A stretch of 64,000 nt of DNA from Verrucomicrobia bacterium GWF2_51_19 (GTDB lineage: Bacteria; Verrucomicrobiota; Verrucomicrobiia; Opitutales; UBA12508): NCBI GenBank assembly GCA_001831095.1, contig MIDP01000013.1, positions 2,364 through 66,363 of the forward strand, in the 5' to 3' direction. Below the pieces are notes generated by a model. The model did no database searches and was not told where the DNA came from. It saw only the letters and a program-made list of their open reading frames with translations. This document shows positions 7,578 through 20,379 of this stretch, one piece after another; position 1 is the first letter of the stretch, and every line of letters begins with the position of its first letter. Made by a program: the position numbers and the translations under genes.

Positions 7578-8488
7578 GCCGTTAATCCTATAGGCGCCGT
7601 GTGATTTTTCAATGCTGAAAGTAAAAAATGTTCGAGGACGGCCGTTTCGGAAAGGTTGACATCGATGAGCCGCAGGCCGCGTTCGAGGGCATCCATGTCG
7701 GCGACAAAATTGCCGGCGGTGTCCAATTGCTGCATTTTTTCAAAAGCCCAATCGCTTGTAGCCTGCGCGATCTCCAAAAAGAGCTCGTGAATGAGGCCCT
7801 TTTCGGCGGAAGTCTGGATGGCGACGCGTTCCTCTTCGGACAACAGGCTGTCTGGCATTTTGGGCGTCATGGCGGTTGCGAGGCTGTCGAAGTTCGCAAC
7901 CAGCGCATAGGCCGTCATGATGGATCGCGCGCTGCCGTCAATCGTGTCGAGAAAGGCCCGATACTGACTCAGCCAACGCGTCCAGCGGTCGTCATTGAGA
8001 TGGATGCCCTGGTGAAAGCGCACCTCGATGCATCGGCTCTTGACCGTGTCTAGCAGCGACTCTGGTGACGTCGACGTCAGTAATAATAGACTGTCAGCAG
8101 GCGGCTCTTCCAACGTTTTCAGAAAAATGTTGGCCGCGCTCACGTGCATGCGGTCCGCTTCCAGCACCAGGGCCACGCGGTAACCGTTTGCCGACTTCTG
8201 AAAAAAGCTAACCAGCTCGCGAGTCCGCTCGGCACCAATCTGCCGCATCTTGTTGGCCGGCCTCAACGCAATTAGGTTAACCGCATCGGCATTTGCGTTC
8301 AGACCGCCCAGCAAAAAGTCTGCAAAACCAAGGGCCACGTTTTCCAAAAAGTCCTTGTCTTTTCCTGAAAATAACACCGCGTGCGGCAACCGTCGCCCCT
8401 CGTAAGCCCTCTTGAGCGCCGCCAATCCACGATGAACACCCACCGTTTCTCTAAAAATATCGTTCCACTTCATGCCAAATCCGCTCAT
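7565..8488 (-). CDS. holB: DNA polymerase III delta-prime subunit
   Basis: Clamp-loader AAA+ fold with a degenerate Walker A, the LKTLEEPP box and the SRC motif (KSRCIEVRF). The start is taken at MSGFGMKW (8488); the ORF-track start at 8518 is a TTG. Confidence 0.8.
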   Translation of the reverse strand: MSGFGMKWNDIFRETVGVHRGLAALKRAYEGRRLPHAVLFSGKDKDFLENVALGFADFLLGGLNANADAVNLIALRPANKMRQIGAERTRELVSFFQKSANGYRVALVLEADRMHVSAANIFLKTLEEPPADSLLLLTSTSPESLLDTVKSRCIEVRFHQGIHLNDDRWTRWLSQYRAFLDTIDGSARSIMTAYALVANFDSLATAMTPKMPDSLLSEEERVAIQTSAEKGLIHELFLEIAQATSDWAFEKMQQLDTAGNFVADMDALERGLRLIDVNLSETAVLEHFLLSALKNHTAPIGLTACPR

Positions 8489-8550
8489 GTATATCGCCGA
8501 TCTCGCCCTCACCGTCAATCAAAATACAGCTCCCCAGCTCCTCTTTAGTT

Positions 8551-8680
8551 AAAGACTGATGCAAAATAGATGCAAAAATGTGGCTTTGCGCGAGTATGAC
8601 CCGGCGTAGCGTACATAGACGTACGTGAGCAAGTCAACGGAGCGCGAAACGCGTTTTGGCGCTATTTTGACTCTGTCTTT
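8551..8680 (+). repeat. Family T2 element, copy T2-2 (complete)
   Basis: aaagactgatgcaaaatag..atgcaaaaatgtggctttgcgcgag..ccggcgtagcgtacatagacgtacgtgagc..ggagcgcgaaacgcgttttggcgctattttgactctgtcttt. Confidence 0.85.
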
Positions 8681-8698
8681 AGGTAGTGTTTTTGATAA

Positions 8699-8736
8699 GG
8701 GGCCTAACCCTCTTTATTGTGTAAAAAGGGTTCCCC
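8699..8736 (-). terminator. B-hairpin-1-like imperfect palindrome downstream of gap (candidate terminator)
   Basis: ggggcctaaccctcttt..aaaaagggttcccc lies 18 nt after the gap stop. The stem is imperfect and there is no clean U-tract. Confidence 0.35.
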
Positions 8737-8753
8737 GGCGATTCTGATCGATT

Positions 8754-9830
<1,077 letters not shown>

Positions 9831-9846
9831 TCAAAATATTCAGCAG

Positions 9847-11721
9847 TTATTTAAAAAAGTGTTTTAGGACTTCCACGGTTGGCGCGCTTAGGCCAAAGGT
9901 GTGAATGGCGTGGAGCTGCGTCGTTTGGTATTTTGCCCAAAAATGGCCAGTCGTCGCCTCATAGGCTGTCCGATCTTTACAGCGCGGGTCCAGTGTGGCG
10001 TTGCGGTAGTCCTCCGGTTGGGCGTCAAACAGCTCCATCGAAGGGAACGATACGACGCGCGTGTGTTTATTGGCCCGAGATATGGCGAGTGCAACTTCGC
10101 TGCCAGAAGCAAGGGCGATTGCCTGCAGGGCCTCCGATTCTGCCTGAACGACGTAAGCACCGCTGGCGACATTTTTGCGCGACGTCCCTTGGAGTACAGG
10201 CAGGTCTTGGCGTGAAAGAATGATGGCCGTCGGCCCATCTTTGCGATTGTAGGCCGTTTCGAGAGCACCAATTGTCTCTTCGGCGTCCGCTGGGCGCAGG
10301 ACAACGAGGTTTGGTATGCAACGCAGGCTATCAACGGTCTCCACGGGCTGATGCGTTGGGCCATCTTCGCCGACCGCCACCGAATCGTGCGTCCAGAGGT
10401 AGATCACCGGTAATTTGGCCATAGCTGCGAGACGGACAGCCGGCCGCATGTAGTCAGAGAAGACTAAAAAGGTCGCTCCCGAGGGCCGGAAGAAGTCGTC
10501 GTACGCAATGCCGTTTAAAATGGCCCCCATGGCGTGTTCGCGAATGCCTACCCACAAGTTGCGACCCGCAATGTTGTTTGCAGAGAAATCACCGCCGTCT
10601 TTAAGGTAGTTCTTGGTTGAGCCGAAGAGGTCCGCGCTGGCTGTCAAGAACAGCGGGTCTTTCTCAGCAATCGATTGCAAAACCTCTCCACAGGCCGTTC
10701 GAGTGGCGACAGTCTTTTCGAATTTAGGGAAGTCATCTAACGACAGAGCTGCCTTTTGCCCAAATAAGAGCTCATGTGTGGCCGCATTGGCCGTTTTCCA
10801 CGCATCAAAACGCGTCTGCCAAGTCCGGTAGCTGTTTGAGAGCTCTGCCAGGCGTTTTTCAAAGAATGCCCGCGTCTCTTCCGACACGTAAAACGGCTCT
10901 GATGGCAATCCCCAGCGTTGACGCGCTTCCTTGGCAAACTTGATGCCGCTCTCGCCGTGCGCCTTCGCCGTGCCCTCGACTTCCGGTATGCCCTTGCCTA
11001 TAACCGTTTTGACAATCACAATCTGCGGAAAACCCTCTGCCAACTTCGCCCGTTCAAGTGCCTCGACAACCGCCTCGATATTGTGACCGTCCACCGTCTG
11101 CACACCAAACCCAATCGCGCGCATGCGATCGGCCGTCTGCTCACTCTGAGTGCGTGAAAGCGACGCATCGAGCGTCACGTCGTTGGAATCGTACAGGAGA
11201 ATAAGGTTGTCCAGCTTCCAATGAGCCGCCAGGGCAAGGCTCTCCATCGCAACACCCTCTTGCATACAGCCATCGCCACACAAACAAAAGACATGCGAAT
11301 CAATCAGGTCGCCCATGTAGGCCCTCAGCTTCTTCTGCGACACCGCTAAACCAACAGCATTCCCTATCCCCTGACCCAACGGCCCCGTCGTGCATTCCAC
11401 TCCCTCTGTGTGCCCAAACTCCGGATGCCCCGGCGTCTTACTCCCCATCTGCCGAAACGCCCGAATGTCGTCCAGCGAAACCTTGTACCCAGCCATATGC
11501 AGCCACGCGTACAAAAACATGCTCCCGTGCCCCGCCGATAACACAAATCGATCCCGGTTTACCCACCGTGCATTCTCCGGATAATACCGCATCGCGCACC
11601 CAAAGAGCGCCACGCCAACCTCTGCACACCCAACCGGCAACCCTAAATGCCCCGACTTCGCAGCCGCTATCGCGTCCATCGCCAATCCACGTGCTTCATT
11701 CGCTATCTTATATAGGTTCAT
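9847..11721 (-). CDS. tkt: Transketolase
   Basis: Motifs SGHLG, GDGCMQEG (TPP-binding) and THDSVAVGEDGPTHQP. The start is taken at MNLYKIANE (11721); the longer ORF-track start would overlap the upstream gene. Confidence 0.95.
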   Translation of the reverse strand: MNLYKIANEARGLAMDAIAAAKSGHLGLPVGCAEVGVALFGCAMRYYPENARWVNRDRFVLSAGHGSMFLYAWLHMAGYKVSLDDIRAFRQMGSKTPGHPEFGHTEGVECTTGPLGQGIGNAVGLAVSQKKLRAYMGDLIDSHVFCLCGDGCMQEGVAMESLALAAHWKLDNLILLYDSNDVTLDASLSRTQSEQTADRMRAIGFGVQTVDGHNIEAVVEALERAKLAEGFPQIVIVKTVIGKGIPEVEGTAKAHGESGIKFAKEARQRWGLPSEPFYVSEETRAFFEKRLAELSNSYRTWQTRFDAWKTANAATHELLFGQKAALSLDDFPKFEKTVATRTACGEVLQSIAEKDPLFLTASADLFGSTKNYLKDGGDFSANNIAGRNLWVGIREHAMGAILNGIAYDDFFRPSGATFLVFSDYMRPAVRLAAMAKLPVIYLWTHDSVAVGEDGPTHQPVETVDSLRCIPNLVVLRPADAEETIGALETAYNRKDGPTAIILSRQDLPVLQGTSRKNVASGAYVVQAESEALQAIALASGSEVALAISRANKHTRVVSFPSMELFDAQPEDYRNATLDPRCKDRTAYEATTGHFWAKYQTTQLHAIHTFGLSAPTVEVLKHFFK

Positions 11722-11743
11722 AAAAATTCCTTTTTTTGCAGAG

Positions 11744-12298
11744 CTAATTCCAGCCAGACAAAGGTCCTTGCGCGATACGATACACTTCGAGGAGTTCGGG
11801 TTCGGTATGGACATCGATGCGGCCAGCGCGATCGTCCTGGAAGCGGACGGCAGTGATATTAAAGGGATCGCCGTAGTTCATGAGGCATTTGGCAGTCTGC
11901 GCCCAAACGGCTACTGGCTCGGAAAGGGACTCACCTTTTTCGATGGCAATTTCGACCGCGCGATCGATGACAGCCGGGTCGCAGAGTGGGAAATTGACGT
12001 TAAAATTGACATGGACGTCGCCTGGAAAGTTTTGCAAAATATGCTGAAAAACGGGCACTGACGGCACCTTATCACCAGCCAACTCCGGCGGACGACGCAG
12101 CGCAATCACGCCAAAGTCCTTCGCGATACGCGCAATCAGCTCGCTCTCGGTCGACACGACAATCTCGTCAACGAGTTTTGCTTGCCTCAACTTCTGTATA
12201 CCGAGCCCCAGCATCGGCACCCCAGCGAACGGCAGTATGTTCTTATACGGCAGCCTCTTACTTCCGAGACGCGCTATAATGGATCCTATAACTTTCAT
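11744..12298 (-). CDS. Acylneuraminate/CMP-sugar cytidylyltransferase-family protein (short)
   Basis: N-terminal IARLGSKRLPYKN motif and a VSTE segment, typical of the NeuA/KdsB-like CTP-transferase fold. Confidence 0.7.
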   Translation of the reverse strand: MKVIGSIIARLGSKRLPYKNILPFAGVPMLGLGIQKLRQAKLVDEIVVSTESELIARIAKDFGVIALRRPPELAGDKVPSVPVFQHILQNFPGDVHVNFNVNFPLCDPAVIDRAVEIAIEKGESLSEPVAVWAQTAKCLMNYGDPFNITAVRFQDDRAGRIDVHTEPELLEVYRIAQGPLSGWN

Positions 12299-12304
12299 AA
12301 TTTA

Positions 12305-12401
12305 TTGGGACAACCTTTTTTGAAAAAAAGGCTTTCCCAAGCCCTTTCTAAAAAACTGTTAAAGCGAAACACAAAAAATACTACGTATTTTTATATTTCG
12401 C
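12305..12401 (-). repeat. Family B element, copy B3
   Basis: Hairpin 1 at 12305-12340 ends 7 nt from the ATG (12298) of the minus-strand cytidylyltransferase gene. Hairpin 2 is at 12364-12401. Confidence 0.85.
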
Positions 12402-12470
12402 TATAAAATTTTGAGAAAAGTTTTGGAAACTTTTATTCAACAAAAGGCATAACGTTATTGTCATGACTGA

Positions 12471-15093
<2,623 letters not shown>

Positions 15094-15095
<2 letters not shown>

Positions 15096-15222
15096 AGAAC
15101 GATAAAAATGGCACCCAGCTTCGTTTCGCGCTCCGCCGACTGCCTCACGTACCTCTATGTACGCTACGGCAGATCGTGCTCGCGCAAAGCCAAACCTGTG
15201 CATCCATTTTTTATCGTTCTTC
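15094..15222 (-). repeat. Family T2 element, copy T2-3 (complete, inverted)
   Basis: The outer arms gaagaacgataaaaatgg / ccattttttatcgttcttc pair with a single-nt bulge. The inner stem is ctgcc..ggcag around gtagcgtac-ataga-ggtacgtga. The left end overlaps the gyrB TGA. Confidence 0.85.
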
Positions 15223-15269
15223 AGCTCCAATGATGACCAGTATACCAATACAAATAATCAATGAATTTT

Positions 15270-15368
15270 GCGAAATAGAAAAATACGCAGTATTTTTATG
15301 TTTCGCATAAAAAAGTGTTTTTAGGAAGGGTCTGGGAAACCTTTTTTATTCTATAAAAAGGGTTTCCC
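15270..15368 (+). repeat. Family B element, copy B4
   Basis: Hairpin 2 at 15270-15306 and hairpin 1 at 15334-15368; the gyrA ATG follows 16 nt later. Confidence 0.85.
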
Positions 15369-15384
15369 TGTTCAAAATTTTCAT

Positions 15385-17835
15385 ATGTACACGGAAAAGG
15401 AAAAAGTAATATCCAGCAACATTTGCGAGATCATGCAAGGAGCCTACATTGACTACTCGATGTCGGTTATTGTAAGTCGGGCGTTACCGGACGCGCGGGA
15501 TGGATTAAAGCCGGTTCAGCGGCGAATATTATACGCGATGTTGCGTGAAGGGCTGTTGCACAATCGTCCATTTGACAAATGTGCGGGCGTTGTTGGTGAA
15601 GTTTTGAAAAACTACCACCCGCACGGTGACAGTTCTGTCTACGACACGCTTGTTCGCTTGGCGCAGCCGTGGGTCTTGCATCATCCATTGATTGATCCGC
15701 AGGGAAACTTTGGCTCAATCGACGGTGATTCGGCGGCGGCCTATCGTTACACGGAGTGTCGGTTGAAGGCGATCGCGGAAGAGATGTTAAAAAACCTCGA
15801 TGAAAACACCGTTGATTTTGGCCCGAACTACAAAGAGAGCACGACGGAGCCGCTGGTATTGCCGGCCGCCTTCCCTAACCTTCTTGTCAATGGCTCCACA
15901 GGCATCGCGGTTGGCATGACGACGAACATTCCGCCACACAACCTCGGTGAAATCATCGACACCGCCTGTGAGATCATCGACAACCCCAACATTTCCCTCG
16001 ACGACATTAGCCAGATCATTCAGGGGCCAGACTTTCCTACGGGCGGGTACATTGTCGGCAAAAAGGGCATTGCGAGCTACCTCAAAAATGGCCGCGGCAT
16101 CGTTCGCGTTCGCGGGAAAGCGCACACCGAGGACCTCAAAAACGGCAAAGAACAGATCGTTCTCACGGAAATCCCGTACAACGTCAACCGCGCGTCGTTG
16201 GTTGAACGCATTGCCGAGCTCGTACAGGACAAGATTTTAACCGAGGTCAGCGACCTCCGCGATGAGTCGACCGAGACCACACGTATCGTCATTGAGCTGA
16301 AGCGCGGTGAAGTTCCACGGGTCGTCCTCAACAAGCTCTACAAACACACGCCGTTTGAGTCCTCGTTTGGTGTCATTCTTTTGGCCCTCGACAAGCAGCG
16401 GCCGAAACAGATGAACATCAAAGAAATGCTCGAATGCTTCATCGAGCACCGCCGCGAAGTCATCTATCGCCGCACCGCCTTTCAGTTGGCAAAGGCCGAA
16501 GAGCGCGCCCACATTCTCGAAGGCTACCGCATCGCCCTCGACAACCTCGACGACATTGTCAGGATCATTCGGAAATCGTCCAACCGCGAAGAGGCCCGCA
16601 TCGAGCTGATGAAGATCTACCCGCTAACGGAGACCCAGACAAACGCCATCCTCGACCTCCGCCTCTACCAACTCACCGGACTGGAACGCGAAAAGATCGA
16701 CCTCGAATTCCAAGATCTGGCGGAACGCATCGCCTATTACCGCTCCATTCTCGAAAACGAGTCAAAGCTGTTGGGCATCGTCAAATCGGAGCTGAAAGAG
16801 ATTCGCGAAAAGTACACTCTTCCGCGTCGCACGGAAATCATTCCCGACGAGACCGAATTCCGCCTCGAAGACGTCATTGCCAACGTCGGCTGCATCATCA
16901 CAGTCACGCACAACGGCTTTATCAAACGCACAGAAGTTAGTTCCTACAAATCTCAAAAACGCGGCGGCAAGGGCGTCATCGGCACCGGCCAACACGACGA
17001 GGACTTCGTTGAGCACCTCTTTACGGCCAGCACCCACGACTACGTCATGTTCGTCATGACCAATGGCCGCGTCTACGTTGAAAAGGTCTACGAGATTCCA
17101 GAGGGCACACGCATCTCAAAGGGTCGATCCCTCGTCAATGTCCTCGAAATGCCACAGGAGGAAAAACTCGCCTCCATGCTCTGCTTCAAGGAGTTCGCGG
17201 AAGGCATCCATATTGTCATGGCCACCGAAAAAGGTATCACGAAAAAAACCAACATTATGGCCTACGTCAATTACCGAAAGGGCGGCATCATCGGCATACA
17301 GATCGACGACGGTGACCGCGTCATCGACGCCCGCCTCACCAACGGCCAGAACGAAATCATTCTCATCACCCAAAACGGCATGTCCATTCGCTTCAACGAG
17401 GACGACCTCCGTGATCAGGGCCGTGTCACTCGAGGGGTTATCGGCATTCGCTTAAAAGAGTCCGATTGTGTCAAGGCCATGACCGTCGTCTACCCTGACC
17501 GCACCCTTCTCATTGCAGGAAAGAACGGCCAAGGTAAACGTTCGAGCTTCGACGACTATAAACTCCAAAAACGCGCCGGAAGCGGCCTCATCGCCATTAA
17601 GACTCCAGGTGTCGCAGGTGCCCTCGGTGTCCACGACAACGAAGAAGTGATGCTCCTAACCAAGTCCGGTCAGGCGGTCCGCTTCCCAGTCAAAGATGTC
17701 CGCATTATCGGTCGCACGACACAGGGCGTCCGCCTCATCAACCTCAGCAAAAATGATCAACTCATCGGTATCTGCCGCGTCATCAAAACCGATGAAGAAG
17801 CCGTTGATGTAATCGAAGAGGCCGAAGGGTCATAG
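15385..17835 (+). CDS. gyrA: DNA gyrase subunit A
   Basis: Motifs RALPDARDGLKPVQRR, HPHGD and AAAYRYTE (catalytic Tyr), plus C-terminal beta-pinwheel repeats. Confidence 0.97.
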   Translation: MYTEKEKVISSNICEIMQGAYIDYSMSVIVSRALPDARDGLKPVQRRILYAMLREGLLHNRPFDKCAGVVGEVLKNYHPHGDSSVYDTLVRLAQPWVLHHPLIDPQGNFGSIDGDSAAAYRYTECRLKAIAEEMLKNLDENTVDFGPNYKESTTEPLVLPAAFPNLLVNGSTGIAVGMTTNIPPHNLGEIIDTACEIIDNPNISLDDISQIIQGPDFPTGGYIVGKKGIASYLKNGRGIVRVRGKAHTEDLKNGKEQIVLTEIPYNVNRASLVERIAELVQDKILTEVSDLRDESTETTRIVIELKRGEVPRVVLNKLYKHTPFESSFGVILLALDKQRPKQMNIKEMLECFIEHRREVIYRRTAFQLAKAEERAHILEGYRIALDNLDDIVRIIRKSSNREEARIELMKIYPLTETQTNAILDLRLYQLTGLEREKIDLEFQDLAERIAYYRSILENESKLLGIVKSELKEIREKYTLPRRTEIIPDETEFRLEDVIANVGCIITVTHNGFIKRTEVSSYKSQKRGGKGVIGTGQHDEDFVEHLFTASTHDYVMFVMTNGRVYVEKVYEIPEGTRISKGRSLVNVLEMPQEEKLASMLCFKEFAEGIHIVMATEKGITKKTNIMAYVNYRKGGIIGIQIDDGDRVIDARLTNGQNEIILITQNGMSIRFNEDDLRDQGRVTRGVIGIRLKESDCVKAMTVVYPDRTLLIAGKNGQGKRSSFDDYKLQKRAGSGLIAIKTPGVAGALGVHDNEEVMLLTKSGQAVRFPVKDVRIIGRTTQGVRLINLSKNDQLIGICRVIKTDEEAVDVIEEAEGS

Positions 17836-17911
17836 GAAACCACGTATTTTAATCATTGACCCAGCAAGACAACTCCTCCAGATTGTTTGCCTCAGCTAAT
17901 TCTTTAAAGTC

Positions 17912-19291
17912 ATGCCTGAAGTCATTCAAAATCATGTAGCTGCCCAGCAATTGGACCAATACAGTTTTGACGACCTCCTCGTTCTCGGAGAATCAAACTT
18001 TGAGAGCATTGATCCGGAAAAGCTAGCACGCACGTCGCCGTACGAGATCAGCCGCTTTCTCGAACGACTGGACCTAGAAGAGCAGAAGACTTTTCTAAAA
18101 AAGCTCGGTGAGCGTCAGGTTTCGGACGTCTTGGCGGAAATGAACGCCGAGGATTCCGCGGAACTCATCACTGCGATAAGGGAGTACAGGGCGGTCAAGA
18201 TTTTGGAATCCCTGGGACCCGATGACGCCGTTGACCTCGTTAGCGAGCTCGATGAAGAGGACCGCGTCCGCCTGCTCGCCAAGATGCACGCTGACAAGGC
18301 GCTGACCATTCAGAAGCTGCTTTCATACGATCCTGACACCGCTGGCGGCGTCATGACACCCATTATTCCGACGGTCCACGACAACCTCACCGTCGACCAG
18401 GCCATCGATCACGTTCGCCACCTCCGTCACGACATCGAAAACATTTATGACCTCTACGTCGTCGACGCCCACAAGCACCTCTTGGGCACCGTCTCGCTGC
18501 GCCGCCTGATTCTCTCTGACCCCGGTCAACCGATCGCCGCCGTCATGAAAAAAGAGCTGCCAGGCATCTGTCACCCAAATCAAGACAAGGAAGAGGTCGC
18601 ACGCGCGATGGCCGAGTACAATTTGCGCGAAATCCCCGTTGTCGACAAGTCTGGAAAACTCTTGGGTGTCGTCACGCACGACGACGTCATCGACATTTTA
18701 CAGGCAGAGGCCACAGAAGATTTGCAAAAGCTTCACGGCGCCGGCGCGGATGAGAGCATCACGGACACCATCAAGTACAGCGTTCTCAAGCGTACGCCCT
18801 GGTTACTCATCAACCTGCTCACCGCCTACATGTCCGTAGCCGCCATCGCGCACTTCCAGAGTGCCATCGCGCAGTCAACACTGCTCGCCGTCTTCATGAC
18901 ACTCGTAATGAGCCTCGGTGGAAATACGGGCGCCCAGACCCTCGCCGTCTCCATTCGCGGCCTCGCTCTCGGCGAATTTCACGACCGAGACTCACTCATG
19001 TTGTGTCTCAAGGAAATGCTAAAGGGCTCCATCAGCGGATTCGTTGTGGGCATTAGCTCGGGCCTCCTGTCCGTCCTCTTTACACACAACATCTGGGTCG
19101 GTGTCACCGTCTCTGCGGCCATGATCCTCAATATGACGCTCTCTGGCCTTGTCGGTGCCTTCATTCCAATCGTTCTCCATCGACTGAAATTTGACCCCGC
19201 CCAGAGCTCCTACATCTTTTTAACAGCCATCACCGACGTCTCCGGAATTGTCATCTTTTTGAGCCTAGGCAAATGGCTAATTCTCAAATGA
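17912..19291 (+). CDS. mgtE: Magnesium transporter MgtE
   Basis: MgtE N domain, two CBS domains and a 5-TM C-terminal channel domain. Confidence 0.9.
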   Translation: MPEVIQNHVAAQQLDQYSFDDLLVLGESNFESIDPEKLARTSPYEISRFLERLDLEEQKTFLKKLGERQVSDVLAEMNAEDSAELITAIREYRAVKILESLGPDDAVDLVSELDEEDRVRLLAKMHADKALTIQKLLSYDPDTAGGVMTPIIPTVHDNLTVDQAIDHVRHLRHDIENIYDLYVVDAHKHLLGTVSLRRLILSDPGQPIAAVMKKELPGICHPNQDKEEVARAMAEYNLREIPVVDKSGKLLGVVTHDDVIDILQAEATEDLQKLHGAGADESITDTIKYSVLKRTPWLLINLLTAYMSVAAIAHFQSAIAQSTLLAVFMTLVMSLGGNTGAQTLAVSIRGLALGEFHDRDSLMLCLKEMLKGSISGFVVGISSGLLSVLFTHNIWVGVTVSAAMILNMTLSGLVGAFIPIVLHRLKFDPAQSSYIFLTAITDVSGIVIFLSLGKWLILK

Positions 19292-20268
19292 CACCCAATA
19301 ATACACCATTTACCGTCTTAGAACTCAAGGGCATCCCGGAGGAAGAAAAACGGACCTTTACGGCCATTTTGCTGGTGCTCAAGGTCAACCAAAAGGAGGC
19401 CCGCAACGGCTCGCCCTTTCTCACGATTGAGATGGGAGACGCCACTGGCAGCTTTTCATCTACCTGTTTTTCGGGCAACAACACATTTGACATCCTGTCA
19501 CGCAACGACATTGAGGGCGAAGTGGTTGCTCTCGAGGGCCAAACCGACACCTTTAACGGTAAGTTCGCGCCACGCATTCTCCACATTCGAGTATTGGGTG
19601 GTGAAGAAAAACAGGCCTGGTTGCCGAAGTTGATCGAATCTAGCCCCGAAGACCCCAATGCCCTTTGGAGTGAGTTGGAAGGCTTTATCGCATCCATTCA
19701 ACACGAAAAGCTGAGAAAGACGGTCGAGGCTGCCTTTCGCGAACACGCGGATGCCCTCAAAGTCAGCGCGGCTGCCATCAGCATGCATCACGCCTATCGC
19801 CACGGGCTGCTCGAACACACTGTCCACGTTACGCGACTCGCTCAAGCCGTCCTGCCGCTCTATCCCGAGGTTTCCCGCGACCTAACACTCGCAGGCTCCC
19901 TTCTCCACGACATCGGTAAAGTCCTTGAATACGATGGCGACCGCGTCGTCAAGAAAACACAGGCCGGCATTCTCCAGGGACATGTCATTCTCGGTTACCG
20001 AATCGTTCGCAAGGCGGCCCTGCAGTCCCAGCTAGACGAATCGCTGATGGAACGCCTGGAACACATCATTTTGAGCCACCAAGGCGCACTTGAATGGGGA
20101 GCACCTGTTCTCGCGGCAACGCCAGAGGCCATCCTCGTTTCACTCGTCGACAACCTAGACGCCAAGCTCGGCATGGCCCAAAAGGCCCTCCGATCGACAC
20201 CCCCCCATGAGCCCTTTTCCGAATTCATTCCTGGGCTGCAGTCGAAGCTGATGGTTGCCCCGGCATAA
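19288..20268 (+). CDS. OB-fold + HD-domain phosphohydrolase (YhaM-like 3'-5' exoribonuclease family)
   Basis: N-terminal OB fold, then HHAYRHGLLEHT and LLHDIGK HD motifs. The start at 19288 forms an ATGA overlap with the mgtE stop. Confidence 0.8.
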   Translation: MTPNNTPFTVLELKGIPEEEKRTFTAILLVLKVNQKEARNGSPFLTIEMGDATGSFSSTCFSGNNTFDILSRNDIEGEVVALEGQTDTFNGKFAPRILHIRVLGGEEKQAWLPKLIESSPEDPNALWSELEGFIASIQHEKLRKTVEAAFREHADALKVSAAAISMHHAYRHGLLEHTVHVTRLAQAVLPLYPEVSRDLTLAGSLLHDIGKVLEYDGDRVVKKTQAGILQGHVILGYRIVRKAALQSQLDESLMERLEHIILSHQGALEWGAPVLAATPEAILVSLVDNLDAKLGMAQKALRSTPPHEPFSEFIPGLQSKLMVAPA

Positions 20269-20379
20269 GACAAGCATCAGCGACTCAAACTTATTGTTTG
20301 TAGATAATAATGTTTCGACGTCCCACCTTCTTGAATCAAGTGCTTGTAACGCATATTTTTACATTACACTTGCATTGGC

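Noticed and set aside
15109-15123. Sigma-54-type promoter (TGGCAC-N5-TTCG) inside T2 elements, attractive because rpoN is in the window.
   Set aside because: The -12 element reads TTCG rather than TTGC in this copy. The equivalent site in other copies (TGGCGCC-AAAA-TGCG) has the GC one position too close. No copy matches both the spacing and the GG/GC dinucleotides.
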